64,000 nt of DNA. Origin: Candidatus Pelethousia sp. (GTDB lineage Bacteria > Bacillota > Clostridia > Christensenellales > CAG-138). The notes below the pieces were generated by a model. It was not told the DNA's origin. It ran no database searches and worked only from the letters and a program-made list of their open reading frames with translations. Positions within the stretch are counted from its first letter, which is position 1. Each line of letters opens with the position of its first letter. Positions 1-9,382 of this stretch are shown piece by piece. The position numbers and the translations under genes are program-made. The stretch is from contig JAYFNX010000009.1 in assembly GCA_034933245.1 (NCBI GenBank), positions 6,505 through 70,504 of the forward strand. The letters are read 5' to 3'.

Positions 1-19
1 AGAAAATGATTTTGGTACG

Positions 20-388
20 GTGTTTTGCATAGGCTGCGGTGCCAAAATGCCCGAAATTCCCTCTCAGTCCGCCAACGGTGCGTACGGCGAAACGCCACCC
101 CAACAGAGCGTTTATCCTCAGCAAGCAACAAGCGGCGTTCTGGGCGTGGGCGAATTTACCCTTATGGAACTCATCGCCCGGATTCCCATTGTCAATCTGG
201 TGATGTTCTGCGTGTGGGGATTTGGCGGGGATGCCAATGAAACCAAGCGGAATTGGGCCCGTTCCAGGCTTATTTGGCTGGGCATCGGCGTAGCGCTCTC
301 CATCATCGGCTTTCTGATCGGGGTGGGCCTCGCCGGCGCCGTGGCTTCTGCTTTTTCTGAGCTGACAAGCTATATGGCCCTTTATTAA
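20..388 (+). CDS. small zinc-ribbon-like membrane protein of unknown function; the frame stays open to the window edge, so the true start may lie upstream
   Basis: ORF track, 122 aa. CxxC (FCIGCG) at the N-terminus, a P/Q-rich linker, and two hydrophobic helices near the C-terminus. Confidence 0.45.
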   Translation: MFCIGCGAKMPEIPSQSANGAYGETPPQQSVYPQQATSGVLGVGEFTLMELIARIPIVNLVMFCVWGFGGDANETKRNWARSRLIWLGIGVALSIIGFLIGVGLAGAVASAFSELTSYMALY

Positions 389-521
389 TCCTCTTGGAAG
401 TCTTTACGTGCCGGTTTGTGCATCTTCTAAGCTCCACCGTTGAAAAAATGCGGTAGGCTTTCTATTGCGGCTTTGCCAACGCGGTGGAGCGATGTATGTG
501 GTAACGCATTCCTTCCCCGGC

Positions 522-550
522 TTGTAACCCCTCGCCCACTCCGCTATAAT
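522..550 (+). promoter_or_regulatory. sigma-70-type promoter for the ECF S-component gene
   Basis: TTGTAA (522-527), 17-bp spacer, TATAAT (545-550), about 35 nt upstream of ATG 585. Confidence 0.45.
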
Positions 551-584
551 GGTGGTACCATACTGGAAGGAGACAAGCGTTATT

Positions 585-1118
585 ATGCTAAATTCCACGC
601 CTACGCGCCGTCTGTCCACTGCCGCGCTTTGCTTGGCCATGGCGGTTCTTTTACCCCAATTTTTTCATGCAATTCCCAACTTTGGGTCCATTTTTTTGCC
701 CATGCATCTTCCCGTGCTTCTTTGCGGGTTTATTTGCGGTTGGAAATATGGTCTGCTTTGCGGCATGTTCGCCCCTGTTCTTAGTTTTTTGCTTGCGGGT
801 ATGCCCGGTGCCATGATTCTTCCCGGCATGGTATGTGAGCTGGCCGTTTACGGTCTGGTCACGGGGCTTCTCTTCCCCCGCATGCATACCCAAAGCTGGA
901 TTGCGGATATCTATTTTTCTCTGCTTCCGGCTATGCTTCTGGGCAGGGTATTTCTGGGCTTGACGAACGGTCTGGTATTCCTGGCCGGGCAATATACCTT
1001 TCAAGTCTTCCTGGCAGGCGCTTTTGTTACGGCCCTGCCCGGCATCCTGGTTCAGCTTGTGTTAACGCCAGCCTTGCTGTTTGCGTTAAAAAAAGCAAAC
1101 CTGCTGCAATATGCCTGA
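585..1118 (+). CDS. ECF transporter S (substrate-capture) component, substrate unknown
   Basis: ORF 549..1118. Start moved to ATG 585 (MLNSTPTRRL) behind GGAAGGAG. Polytopic hydrophobic protein with LPMHLPVLLCGFICG-type motifs typical of ECF S components. Confidence 0.65.
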   Translation: MLNSTPTRRLSTAALCLAMAVLLPQFFHAIPNFGSIFLPMHLPVLLCGFICGWKYGLLCGMFAPVLSFLLAGMPGAMILPGMVCELAVYGLVTGLLFPRMHTQSWIADIYFSLLPAMLLGRVFLGLTNGLVFLAGQYTFQVFLAGAFVTALPGILVQLVLTPALLFALKKANLLQYA

Positions 1119-1367
1119 CCTGGATCGCTAACCTTTTCCCTCCCTTTTGCACCGGCCTGGATTTGACGCCATGCCCGTCCGGATACAGGCGGCCCTTTCT
1201 GCGACGAGGCACGAGCATACCGGAACCTCCCGGCATGGGGGCTTTTCTTTCGGACAAATGTAATGTACCCCGATTGATCGCCCCGCCGACATCAGGCGCA
1301 TCGGCCAGCCTGCGCATCCAGGGACCGAATGGGTTCCGCACATAAGCGCTTGCATATTCTGCATAGC

Positions 1368-1430
1368 AAAACCTCCTTCTGTCGCTTGCCAACCCGCGAA
1401 TCCGCAGGCGCTTCGGCAGAAGGAGGTTTT
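1368..1430. repeat. perfect 14-bp inverted repeat (AAAACCTCCTTCTG ... CAGAAGGAGGTTTT) enclosing 35 nt, inside an unassigned noncoding region of about 500 bp
   Basis: Read directly: arms at 1368-1381 and 1417-1430. The loop contains a C(UUCG)G-like mini hairpin. Confidence 0.85.
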
Positions 1431-1625
1431 CCACATGGTTGGGCCAGTTATTGCATCGGGCTTAGGCCTTTGCCTGGTAAGCTTTTTTTAAGTGCTCTCC
1501 GACCGGCAAATGCCAAAGCGGTATAAGCAATCCCCGGAAGGGAATCGGTCTCCATCCGGCCCAATTCCGCTTAGGCTCTTACGAACGAAGGCTGTACCCA
1601 CAGGCTCCCGCTTCGGGCGCTCCCG

Positions 1626-2048
1626 TTACTTTCTTCCGCCCATCAGCTGTTGCTCGGGCAAGAGAATATACTGGAATTCAACCTTATACTGATCCGGATC
1701 ATGCATGAAGAAGGCATACACAGGGAAACGTTCCTGGTTCTTCGGCGTGGAAACAATGATGGCTCCCTTTTCCGCAATCTCCCGATAGTGTTTGTCCACA
1801 TCCGCCACGTCGTGGCAGTTCAGCGAAATACACACGCCGGTGGGTCCGCCCAAGGTAGGCCGTCCATCATCGTATTGGCAAAAGCCCAAATAGCCATACC
1901 CGGTATCAAAAATCTTACAAATGCCGCCGGACTGCTCCTGTACCAAAGGAAGGCCAACGATCTCTCTGTAAAACGTGGTCGTTTTTTTAATATTGCTGCA
2001 AGGTAAAAAAATAACGCTGTTCTCCATGGCCATATCGCTCATCTCCAT
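1626..2048 (-). CDS. VOC (glyoxalase/bleomycin-resistance/dioxygenase) family protein
   Basis: ORF track, 140 aa. The beta-alpha-beta-beta-beta-like sequence (FYREIVGLPLV ... YAFFMHDPDQYKVEF) resembles the VOC family. An alternative start at ATG 2033 sits behind a GGAG. Confidence 0.65.
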   Translation of the reverse strand: MEMSDMAMENSVIFLPCSNIKKTTTFYREIVGLPLVQEQSGGICKIFDTGYGYLGFCQYDDGRPTLGGPTGVCISLNCHDVADVDKHYREIAEKGAIIVSTPKNQERFPVYAFFMHDPDQYKVEFQYILLPEQQLMGGRK

Positions 2049-2055
2049 TTAATTT

Positions 2056-2247
2056 TTATAAAATAGTATGAATTTCTCTATTATGGGCAAGGTTCTCTCC
2101 GCCCATATTCCGCGCTTTGCTTAAATTATTATGCCTATATTTTTCCTCTGCCTGCCAGTCCAGGTTCTTCCCTTGCCCGCAATGGTAACAAACACGAATG
2201 TTATGTTTGTCGCTTGAGAGGCTCCACCTTTTCTTGGGAAATTGCAT
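2056..2247 (-). CDS. possible miniature HNH endonuclease
   Basis: ORF track, 63 aa. The pattern C-Y-H-C-G ... R-H-N ... M-G-G-E-N-L-A-H-N-R-E-I-H resembles CxxC plus H-N-H. The segment is visibly more AT-rich than its flanks. Confidence 0.3.
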   Translation of the reverse strand: MQFPKKRWSLSSDKHNIRVCYHCGQGKNLDWQAEEKYRHNNLSKARNMGGENLAHNREIHTIL

Positions 2248-2481
2248 ACGTGTAAAAAATATCTTCCAAGCGCCGCAAGAAGGTGCAGCCGTCTCGGATA
2301 GATTTAAATTCAGGGTGTCTGTTTCACCCCAAAGCAGAGGTTACCGGTTCACAATCCAGGCAGATAGAAAATGGGCCGACGCACCGCCAAGTCCACGGTG
2401 TGGTGGGATTTGCATTCGGATTGAGCTTTCCATGATCCAACCGCCTTCTCTCTTCTTCCCCATCCCTTTATCCCCCTATAT

Positions 2482-2514
2482 CAAAATAGACACTATCCCG
2501 GTGATAGTGTCTAT
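2482..2514 (-). terminator. rho-independent terminator ending the alpha operon
   Basis: 12-bp perfect stem ATAGACACTATC / GATAGTGTCTAT (2486-2497 and 2503-2514), followed on the minus-strand RNA by UUUGAUAU. Confidence 0.7.
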
Positions 2515-2549
2515 ATTAGCAGCTTCAGGCTACCGCTTTTCAGAAGCCG

Positions 2550-3041
2550 TTAAACCAGTTCCAATACGGCCATTTCCGTTCCGTCTCCCCGGCGGGGACC
2601 CATCTTCAGAATCCGGGTGTAGCCACCCTTGCGGCCCTCGTATTTGGGCGCGATTTCCTGGAAGAGCTTCTCTACCACGGGGTTGGCGTTGGTCTTTGTA
2701 CGCTCCTTGTACTCGCTCTTGGACTCTTTGTCCTTTTTAGCGGCGGGTACGTTATACAGATAGGCCAGGATCTGCCGGCGGGCATGAAGCTTGCTGGGCA
2801 GGTCGTTGTTTTTCTGTACTTTTACAATCTGCTGCTTATCGTTACGGGTCTCCTTTTCCACGGTGACCGTATTCTTATGTTCGCTGATAGCGAGGGTAAT
2901 CAGCTTCTCCGCAATGGGCCGTACTTCCTTGGCGCGGGCCTCGGTGGTAACGATCTTGCCATTGTAGAGCAGCGCGGTGGTGAGGTTGCGCAGCATGGCA
3001 TCGCGCTGATCGCTCGCCTTCCCCAGCTTACGGTTTGGCAT
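2550..3041 (-). CDS. rplQ: 50S ribosomal protein L17 (bL17), long form with internal insertions
   Basis: ORF track, 163 aa. [18 protein letters not shown] ... [23 protein letters not shown] is the bL17 signature. It is the last gene of the alpha operon. Confidence 0.95.
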   Translation of the reverse strand: MPNRKLGKASDQRDAMLRNLTTALLYNGKIVTTEARAKEVRPIAEKLITLAISEHKNTVTVEKETRNDKQQIVKVQKNNDLPSKLHARRQILAYLYNVPAAKKDKESKSEYKERTKTNANPVVEKLFQEIAPKYEGRKGGYTRILKMGPRRGDGTEMAVLELV

Positions 3042-3069
3042 GTTGGGTTCCTCCTTATGTAATTGCTAG

Positions 3070-4011
3070 CTAGTCTTCGCTGTGACGAAGGCCCAACCCA
3101 AGGCCCTGTAGCTTCTGCTGGACTTCTTCCAGAGATTTGCGGCCCAGGTTACGCACCTTCATCATCTCTTCCTCATTGCGCTGCACCAATTCGTCTACCG
3201 TATTGATGCCGGCACGCTTGAGGCAATTGTAGGAGCGGACGGAAAGATCCAGTTCCTCGATAGTCATCTCGAGAATCTTCTCCTTCTTGTCCTCCTCCTT
3301 TTCCACCATGATCTCCACGCCCTGCACGTGCTCTGTCAGGTTCATGAAAAGGGCCAAGTGCTCCGTGAGAATTTTTGCAGCCAGGGAAACGGCTTCGTCG
3401 GGCTAGATGGTGCCGTCCGTCCAGACCTCCAGGATGAGCTTGTCATAGTCCGTGATCTGGCCCACACGGGTGTCCTCCACAATGAAGTTCACCTTGCGGA
3501 TGGGGGTGAAGATAGAATCTACCGCGATCTGTCCAATGGGCATATCGGGCTTCTTGTTCCTATCCGCAGCCACATAACCGCGGCCGTTTTCCAGGATAAT
3601 CTCCATATAGAGCCGTGCGCCGTCATCCAGGGTGGCCAGGTGCAGATCCGGGTTTACCACTTCTACATCGCTGTCCACGATCATATCCCCAGCCGTTACC
3701 TCGCAGGCGCCCACTGCGTCTACAATGACCTTTTTGGGGCCCGTGGCATGCATCTTGACGCACAGATCTTTTAAATTCAGGATAATCTCCGTCACGTCTT
3801 CCCGCACGCCGGGAACAGTGGAAAACTCATGCAGCACGCCGTCTATCTTGACGGAAGACACCGCAACACCAGGCAGAGAGGAAAGCAGAACCCTGCGCAA
3901 CGAATTCCCCAGGGTGATGCCAAAGCCGCGTTCCAGGGGTTCGACCACGAATTTGCCGTAGTCCTCGTTGAGTTCAACGCGTTCTATCTTGGGTCTTTCG
4001 ATTTCTATCAT
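3070..4011 (-). CDS. rpoA: DNA-directed RNA polymerase subunit alpha, interrupted by an in-frame TAG at 3403-3405 (codon 203)
   Basis: ORFs 3403..4053 (NTD, real start ATG 4011, [10 protein letters not shown]) and 3070..3357 (linker plus CTD, ...[21 protein letters not shown]...) share one reading frame. Only a single TAG separates them: ...[24 protein letters not shown]... Confidence 0.9.
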
Positions 4012-4069
4012 GCACAAATCCCCTCTCTTGATAGTCTCGGTCGGTTCGGGCATTTACCGCGCACGTGCA

Positions 4070-4699
4070 TTACCTGGAATAGAACTCGACGATGAGGTGC
4101 TCCTCAACGGTCAGGTCGATATCATCGCGTTGCGGCAGGGTGACCACCTTACCGGTAAGGCCGTTGGCATCCAGCTCCAGCCACTTGGGGATGGGCTTGG
4201 AAGCGCCTTGCTCCCGCAGATCCTTCAGATTTTGCATATCGCGGCTACGCTCTTTCACCGTGATTACCTGGCCGCTCTTGACCAAGAAGCTGGCGATATC
4301 CACCTTCTTGCCGTCTACCAGAATATGGCCATGGCTGACCATTTGGCGGGCCATGGGGCGGCTTTCAGCAAGGCCGAGACGATAAACCACGTTATCCAGC
4401 CGGCGCTCTAAAAGGGAAAGCATGTTCTCGCCCGTAGCGCCGCGCATATTCGCAGCCATTTCATAGTATTTCCTAAATTGGGATTCCAATACACCATAGG
4501 CGCGGCGGCACTTTTGCTTTTCGCGAAGCTGGATGCCGTATTCACTTTGCTTCCTCTGGCGGCTTTGGCCATGCTGGCCCGGGATGGTATGACGCTTGAC
4601 CACGGCGCATTTGGCGCTATAGCAACGTTCACCCTTCAGGAAGAGCTTCTCGCCTTCCCGGCGGCACTGCCTGCAAACGGAATCAGTATATCTTGCCAT
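4070..4699 (-). CDS. rpsD: 30S ribosomal protein S4 (uS4)
   Basis: ORF track, 209 aa, [26 protein letters not shown]... Conserved operon position. Confidence 0.95.
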   Translation of the reverse strand: MARYTDSVCRQCRREGEKLFLKGERCYSAKCAVVKRHTIPGQHGQSRQRKQSEYGIQLREKQKCRRAYGVLESQFRKYYEMAANMRGATGENMLSLLERRLDNVVYRLGLAESRPMARQMVSHGHILVDGKKVDIASFLVKSGQVITVKERSRDMQNLKDLREQGASKPIPKWLELDANGLTGKVVTLPQRDDIDLTVEEHLIVEFYSR

Positions 4700-4714
4700 T
4701 ATCGTTTGCCCTCC

Positions 4715-5122
4715 TTACACTCTTCTGCGCTTGGGCGGACGGCAACCGTTGTGCGGTATGGGCGTCACGTCCTTAATCATGTTGACCTCCAGGCCGGCGC
4801 TCTGCAGGGCGCGGATAGCGGCTTCACGGCCGCTGCCGGGGCCCTTCACATACACCTCCACGGTGCGCAGGCCATGCTCCATTGCCGCTTTAGCCGCGGT
4901 TTCGGAAGCCATCTGCGCCGCGAAAGGCGTGCTTTTACGGCTGCCCCTGAAGCCCAGGCCGCCTGCGGACGCCCAGGAAATTGCATTGCCCTGCATGTCC
5001 GTAATGGTGACCATGGTGTTGTTGAAGGAGGAGCGAATATGTGCTGCGCCACGCTCGATGTTTTTCTTCTCGCGACGCTTACGGGCGGTCTTTTTGACCT
5101 TACCTTTTGCTGCTGCTGCCAT
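4715..5122 (-). CDS. rpsK: 30S ribosomal protein S11 (uS11)
   Basis: ORF track, 135 aa, ...[20 protein letters not shown]... Operon position. Confidence 0.95.
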   Translation of the reverse strand: MAAAAKGKVKKTARKRREKKNIERGAAHIRSSFNNTMVTITDMQGNAISWASAGGLGFRGSRKSTPFAAQMASETAAKAAMEHGLRTVEVYVKGPGSGREAAIRALQSAGLEVNMIKDVTPIPHNGCRPPKRRRV

Positions 5123-5138
5123 GATTCAATCTCCCTCC

Positions 5139-5507
5139 TTACTTCTTCCTGCCGCCCACGGTGCGCTTGGGTCCCTTGCGGGTGCGGGCGTTTTGCTTGG
5201 TGCTCTGACCACGCACGGGCAGGCCCTTACGATGACGGACGCCACGGTAGCAGCCGATCTCAATGAGGCGCTTGATATTCATGGAAACTTCGCGCCGCAG
5301 GTCGCCTTCTACCTTTACGTGGTGGTCGATATACTCTCTAAGTTTGCTTACGTCGTCTTCCGACAAATCCCGAACACGAATGTCGGGATCCACGCCGGTG
5401 GCGCTCAGGATATCGGAAGCGGTCTTGCGGCCGATACCAAAGATGTAGGTCAGGCCGATCTCGACTCGCTTGTCTCTGGGCAGATCCACGCCGGATATAC
5501 GTGCCAT
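5139..5507 (-). CDS. rpsM: 30S ribosomal protein S13 (uS13)
   Basis: ORF track, 122 aa, [26 protein letters not shown]... Confidence 0.95.
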   Translation of the reverse strand: MARISGVDLPRDKRVEIGLTYIFGIGRKTASDILSATGVDPDIRVRDLSEDDVSKLREYIDHHVKVEGDLRREVSMNIKRLIEIGCYRGVRHRKGLPVRGQSTKQNARTRKGPKRTVGGRKK

Positions 5508-5612
5508 TCTTATTACCTCCGTAAATATTTGGGTTGGATATATGCTATTCTCGTTAGGAACCCCGGCGCGTTGGCCCCGAGGCAGCCGCTCCGAACGAGG
5601 GTGTATTTGGAA

Positions 5613-5726
5613 TTAGCCCTGTTTTTGCTTATGCTTCGGATTTTCGCAAATGATCATCACGCGGCCCTTGCGCTTGATGATTTTGCACTTTTCGCAAATG
5701 GGTTTTACCGAAGGCCTGACTTTCAT
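5613..5726 (-). CDS. rpmJ: 50S ribosomal protein L36 (bL36)
   Basis: Not in the ORF track (under 60 aa). Hand translation gives [37 protein letters not shown]. Confidence 0.9.
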   Translation of the reverse strand: MKVRPSVKPICEKCKIIKRKGRVMIICENPKHKQKQG

Positions 5727-5742
5727 CGCATTTTCCTCCTTG

Positions 5743-5964
5743 TCAGTTCTTTGTGCGCCACGTGATGCGGCCGCGTGTCAAATCATAGGGGGACAGCTCC
5801 ACTGTCACCTTGTCACCCGGCAGAATGCGGATAAAATTCATGCGCAATTTGCCGGAAATATGCGCCAGTATTTTATGTCCGTTAACCAGCTCCACCTCAA
5901 ACATGGCGTTTGGGAAGGAGTCGGTTACAACACCTTCAACTTCAATTACGTCCGTTTTAGACAA
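5743..5964 (-). CDS. infA: translation initiation factor IF-1
   Basis: ORF 5743..6051 contains (M)[52 protein letters not shown]... A TTG start at 5964 lies behind GAGGAGG. Confidence 0.9.
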   Translation of the reverse strand: MSKTDVIEVEGVVTDSFPNAMFEVELVNGHKILAHISGKLRMNFIRILPGDKVTVELSPYDLTRGRITWRTKN

Positions 5965-5965
5965 G

Positions 5966-6250
5966 CTATCCCTCCTCAAAATCCGTATCTTGGTCGTTTC
6001 CAAGCGCACCGAGTGCTTTGCGAAGATGGGCGTTGGCCGCATTATCGCCAAATAGCGCCGGGTCTATGCGCCAAGGTTCGAAGCGCACGTGCTTGAGCTT
6101 TTTACGCTTGGGTTTCTCCGCCCTGCGCCGCCTGCCATCGGCAAGAAGCACATATTCCGTGCCTTCCAGGCCGATTACGGCGTAGCGTTTGCCCTTGTCC
6201 CTGCCCGCCATAGCCACCGCAACCCGGCCGATTACCTCAGTTTGCATCAT
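5966..6250 (-). CDS. KOW-domain (L14e-like) RNA-binding protein, as typically found between map and infA in Clostridia
   Basis: ORF track, 94 aa, ...[20 protein letters not shown]... Position between map and infA. Confidence 0.7.
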   Translation of the reverse strand: MMQTEVIGRVAVAMAGRDKGKRYAVIGLEGTEYVLLADGRRRRAEKPKRKKLKHVRFEPWRIDPALFGDNAANAHLRKALGALGNDQDTDFEEG

Positions 6251-7013
6251 AGGGGGCCTCCCCGCTGAGCGTGAGCAGCTCGGGTTCGCCGTCTGTTACG
6301 GCGATGGTGTTTTCATAGTGGGCGCTGGGCTTGCCATCCCGGGTCACTACCGTCCAGCCGTCCGCTTTCTGGAGCACCTCATGCCCGCCCAGGTTGATCA
6401 TGGGCTCAATGGCCAGGGTCATGCCCGGCGTAAGCCGAACTCCGCGGCCAAATGCGCCGCCCGTAAAATTGGGCACATCGGGGGGCTCGTGCATATTTCT
6501 GCCGATGCCGTGCCCGATCAGCTCCCGCACCACGCCATAGCCATGGGCCTCGGCATGGGTCTGGATCGCCCTGGAGATATCGCTGATGCGATATCCCACC
6601 TTTGCGAACTTGATTCCCTCAAAAAAGCATTCCCGCGTTACTTTTACCAGTTCCACCACCTCGGGTGCCACGCTGCCGATCAGCAGCGTCCGCGCCGCAT
6701 CCCCGTGGAAGCCGTTTAGCTCAGCTCCCACGTCGATGCCCACGATGTCTCCATCTTTGAGGCGGTAGTTCCCGGGTATCCCATGCACAACCTGCTCGTT
6801 TACGGAGGCGCAAATGCTCTTGGGATAGCCGTTGTAATTCAGGAATGACGGAACGGCACCCTGGCTGCGGATAAATTCTTCCGCTGCCTCGTTCAGTTCC
6901 AATGTGGTCATACCGGGCCTGGCAAGCTTAGCCATAAGCTCCAGCGTCCGTTCCACAACCCGTCCTGCGACCTTCATTTTTTGGATATCGGCCGCATTTT
7001 TGATGGTCATCAT
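6237..7013 (-). CDS. map: type I methionine aminopeptidase
   Basis: ORF track, 258 aa, with the metal-ligand context ...DIVGIDVGAELNGFHGD...HGIGRNMHE...EPM... Confidence 0.95.
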   Translation of the reverse strand: MMTIKNAADIQKMKVAGRVVERTLELMAKLARPGMTTLELNEAAEEFIRSQGAVPSFLNYNGYPKSICASVNEQVVHGIPGNYRLKDGDIVGIDVGAELNGFHGDAARTLLIGSVAPEVVELVKVTRECFFEGIKFAKVGYRISDISRAIQTHAEAHGYGVVRELIGHGIGRNMHEPPDVPNFTGGAFGRGVRLTPGMTLAIEPMINLGGHEVLQKADGWTVVTRDGKPSAHYENTIAVTDGEPELLTLSGEAPYDAN

Positions 7014-7636
7014 TGCAATTTCTCCACCAAGCCGGCAACTTCCTCTAAAACCTTGAGAGGTCCTTGGTTGCCGTTTACGGTATGGAGCAGGCCCTTGTCC
7101 GCATAATAGTTTATGAGGGGTTGGGTCTTTTCATTATAGGCCGCAATACGGTTATGAACCGTTTCGGGCCTGTCGTCATCCCGGATATAGAGCTTTTGCC
7201 CGCACTTTTCGCAGGTATCCTTGTCGTACATGGATACGTGGTAACCCGCGCCGCAACCGGGGCACATGCGCCGGCCGCTGATTCGCTCTACCAGCACCTC
7301 TACGGGCACGTCAAGATTAACGGCCATATCAATGCGGGTTAAGCCGCCCAAAGCATCAGCCTGAGCGATCGTGCGAGGAAAACCGTCCAGCAGGAAGCCT
7401 TTCGCGCAATCGGGCTCCTGGATGCGCTTTTCAACCATGGCGATGATGATCTCATCGCTCACCAGGCCGCCCGCATCCATAACCGCCTTGGCCTTGCGGC
7501 CAAGTTCGGTGCCTTCCCGGGTCTCCTTGCGAAGCATATCCCCGGTGGAGATGTGGGCGATGTCGAAACGTTCACATACCTTTTCGGCTTGGGTGCCTTT
7601 ACCGGCCCCCGGAGGGCCTAAGAAAACCAGATGCAT
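7010..7636 (-). CDS. adk: adenylate kinase (zinc-lid type)
   Basis: ORF track, 208 aa. P-loop GPPGAGKGTQ and lid CPGCG...CEKCG. Confidence 0.95.
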   Translation of the reverse strand: MHLVFLGPPGAGKGTQAEKVCERFDIAHISTGDMLRKETREGTELGRKAKAVMDAGGLVSDEIIIAMVEKRIQEPDCAKGFLLDGFPRTIAQADALGGLTRIDMAVNLDVPVEVLVERISGRRMCPGCGAGYHVSMYDKDTCEKCGQKLYIRDDDRPETVHNRIAAYNEKTQPLINYYADKGLLHTVNGNQGPLKVLEEVAGLVEKLQ

Positions 7637-7655
7637 AGCTTCTCTCCTTCCGCTA

Positions 7656-8930
7656 TTACCCCAGGAATCCCTTGTAGTGCCGCATAAGCATGAGGGACTC
7701 CAGTTGTTCGCTGGTTTCCAAAGCCACGCTCACCATAATCAGCACGCTGGTGGGGCCAAAGGGGCTCCGCATGCCGAAGCTGTGAAGCAGCACGGTAGGA
7801 ATAATCGCTAGGCAGGTCAGGAAGAACGCGCCGAAGAGAGTCAGGCGATTGCTGATTCTCATCAGATGTTCGCCCGTGGGCTTACCTGGGCGGATGCCCG
7901 GGATAAAACCGCCATTCTGCTGCAGGTTTTTGCTGATCTCCACCGGGTTAAAGGTGATGGAGCTATAGAAGTAAGCAAAGCCCAATATCAGCAGCGCGTA
8001 GATCACATAGTAAACGACGGCGCCGGTTGTGGTCGTGCCGGGGTATAGCCAGGTCTTGTAGAAGGTGTAAAACGCGCCTTCCGGCCAGAACTGGCCGATC
8101 ATACCGGGCACCTGCATAAGCGTCATCGCCAGAATCAAGGGCATAACGCCGTTCGCATTGGCCTTGAGCGGGATGTGCGTGCTCTGTCCGCCGTACATCT
8201 TACGGCCGACCACGCGCTTGGCGTACTGCACGGGAATGCGCCGGACAGCGCGATCCACCAGCACCACCGCCGCGATAACCACCGCCACGAAGATGGCCAA
8301 CACGGGTAGAATCCACCACCTATAGGAAGCGGTTACGAACACGCCGCTAAAGATGGAGACCACCGTAGTGGGCACCTGGGAGCAGATGGAAGCGAAGATG
8401 ATCATGGATACGCCGTTGCCCACACCCTTTTCGGTGATGCGCTCGCCCATCCAGACCAGGAAGGCTGTACCGGCCGTGCACACGATGCCGATGGTACCGT
8501 AAGCATACCAAGCGGTGCTGGTAACCACGTTGGTGCCCAGGCCGCGCACGATGCCGATGCTCTGCACAAAGGCCAGGCCAATTCCCACATAACGGGTGAT
8601 CCGTTCGATCTTCTGCCGTCCATCCTCCTCCTTGGCCATTTGCTCCAAAGCAGGAATGGCGATGGTAAGAAGCTGGATGATAATGGAACCCGTGATGTAG
8701 GGCGAAATGCCCATGGCGAAAATGGTAAACTGGCTGAAGTTACCGCCCGAAAGCAGATTCAGGAAGCCCAGAATATCATACTGAGCAGCCTTCTCTGCCA
8801 ACTGCGCGGCATCCACAAAGGGCACCGGAATGAAAGAACCAAACCGGTAGACCACGATCAGCAGCATCGTAAACAGCATCCGGGTGCGAATATCCTTGAT
8901 ATTCCAGGCATTTATGAGGGTCTTAAGCAT
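7656..8930 (-). CDS. secY: preprotein translocase subunit SecY
   Basis: ORF track, 424 aa, polytopic. Conserved SecY sequence and position. Confidence 0.95.
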   Translation of the reverse strand: MLKTLINAWNIKDIRTRMLFTMLLIVVYRFGSFIPVPFVDAAQLAEKAAQYDILGFLNLLSGGNFSQFTIFAMGISPYITGSIIIQLLTIAIPALEQMAKEEDGRQKIERITRYVGIGLAFVQSIGIVRGLGTNVVTSTAWYAYGTIGIVCTAGTAFLVWMGERITEKGVGNGVSMIIFASICSQVPTTVVSIFSGVFVTASYRWWILPVLAIFVAVVIAAVVLVDRAVRRIPVQYAKRVVGRKMYGGQSTHIPLKANANGVMPLILAMTLMQVPGMIGQFWPEGAFYTFYKTWLYPGTTTTGAVVYYVIYALLILGFAYFYSSITFNPVEISKNLQQNGGFIPGIRPGKPTGEHLMRISNRLTLFGAFFLTCLAIIPTVLLHSFGMRSPFGPTSVLIMVSVALETSEQLESLMLMRHYKGFLG

Positions 8931-9370
8931 TAGACCACCTCAACAGTTCCGCCCGCCGCCTCTATGGCCTTCTGGGCTGACTCGGTAAATTTAGCAGCCT
9001 TTACGTCCAACTTTTTGTTGAGCTCGCCGCGGCCCAGAACCTTAAGCCCGTCCTTTTCGATTTTGCTGATCATGCCGCTTTGCTTGAGCAATTCGGCAGT
9101 CACAACGGTTCCGTCCTCCAGATTGTTGAGAACGTCAATGTTGATTACAGTATATTCCTTGGCAAAAATGTTGGTAAAGCCCCGCTTGGGGAGCCGGCGT
9201 GCGAGGGGCATCTGGCCGCCTTCGAAGCCGTTCTTCTTGCTTCCGCTACGGGCCTTCTGACCTTTATGGCCATAGCCGGCGGTCTTGCCGATGCCGGAAC
9301 CGGTGCCGCGGCCTACGCGCTTGCGCGTTTGGGTGGAACCTTCCACGGGCCTTAACTCATGTAGTTTCAT
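8930..9370 (-). CDS. rplO: 50S ribosomal protein L15 (uL15)
   Basis: ORF track, 146 aa, [12 protein letters not shown]...[23 protein letters not shown]. Confidence 0.95.
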   Translation of the reverse strand: MKLHELRPVEGSTQTRKRVGRGTGSGIGKTAGYGHKGQKARSGSKKNGFEGGQMPLARRLPKRGFTNIFAKEYTVINIDVLNNLEDGTVVTAELLKQSGMISKIEKDGLKVLGRGELNKKLDVKAAKFTESAQKAIEAAGGTVEVV

Positions 9371-9382
9371 AGTGCACCTCCG

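Noticed and set aside
541-565. A T-box-like or riboswitch element (TATAATGGTGGTACCATAC resembles the T-box core GGUGGUACC) upstream of the ECF S-component gene.
   Set aside because: The match is only 9 nt and lacks the CCGCG continuation, a Stem I/specifier region and a terminator. The same bases are better explained as a TTGTAA-17-TATAAT promoter, which leaves only a leader of about 35 nt.
1119-1625. Identification as RNase P RNA, tmRNA, SRP RNA, or a cobalamin or c-di-AMP riboswitch.
   Set aside because: I looked on both strands for hallmark strings: GAGGAAAGUCC and ACAGAANNNGGCUUA (RNase P), the terminal UCCACCA with a T-arm (tmRNA), GGUCCGGAAGGAAGCAGC (SRP), and GCCACUG or the B12 box (cobalamin). 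None was present. A CCGGAAGGGAAUCGG stretch only superficially resembles SRP domain IV.
3070-3357. Calling the 95-aa ORF as an independent alpha-CTD-only gene.
   Set aside because: It is in the same frame as the NTD ORF, and the intervening codons encode the conserved end of the NTD ([16 protein letters not shown]). No convincing SD precedes TTG 3357 or ATG 3345. It is better described as one rpoA gene with an internal TAG.
3403-3405. Genome-wide reassignment of TAG (pyrrolysine or a sense codon) as the explanation for the rpoA in-frame stop.
   Set aside because: TAG ends several well-delimited genes in this same window: rpoA itself at 3070-3072, the GntR gene at 29462-29464, the ABC-2 permease at 30924-30926, 31252-31254, and int at 59972-59974. 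Each has a sensible downstream signal. Global recoding is therefore not supported, and no pyl genes are visible here.
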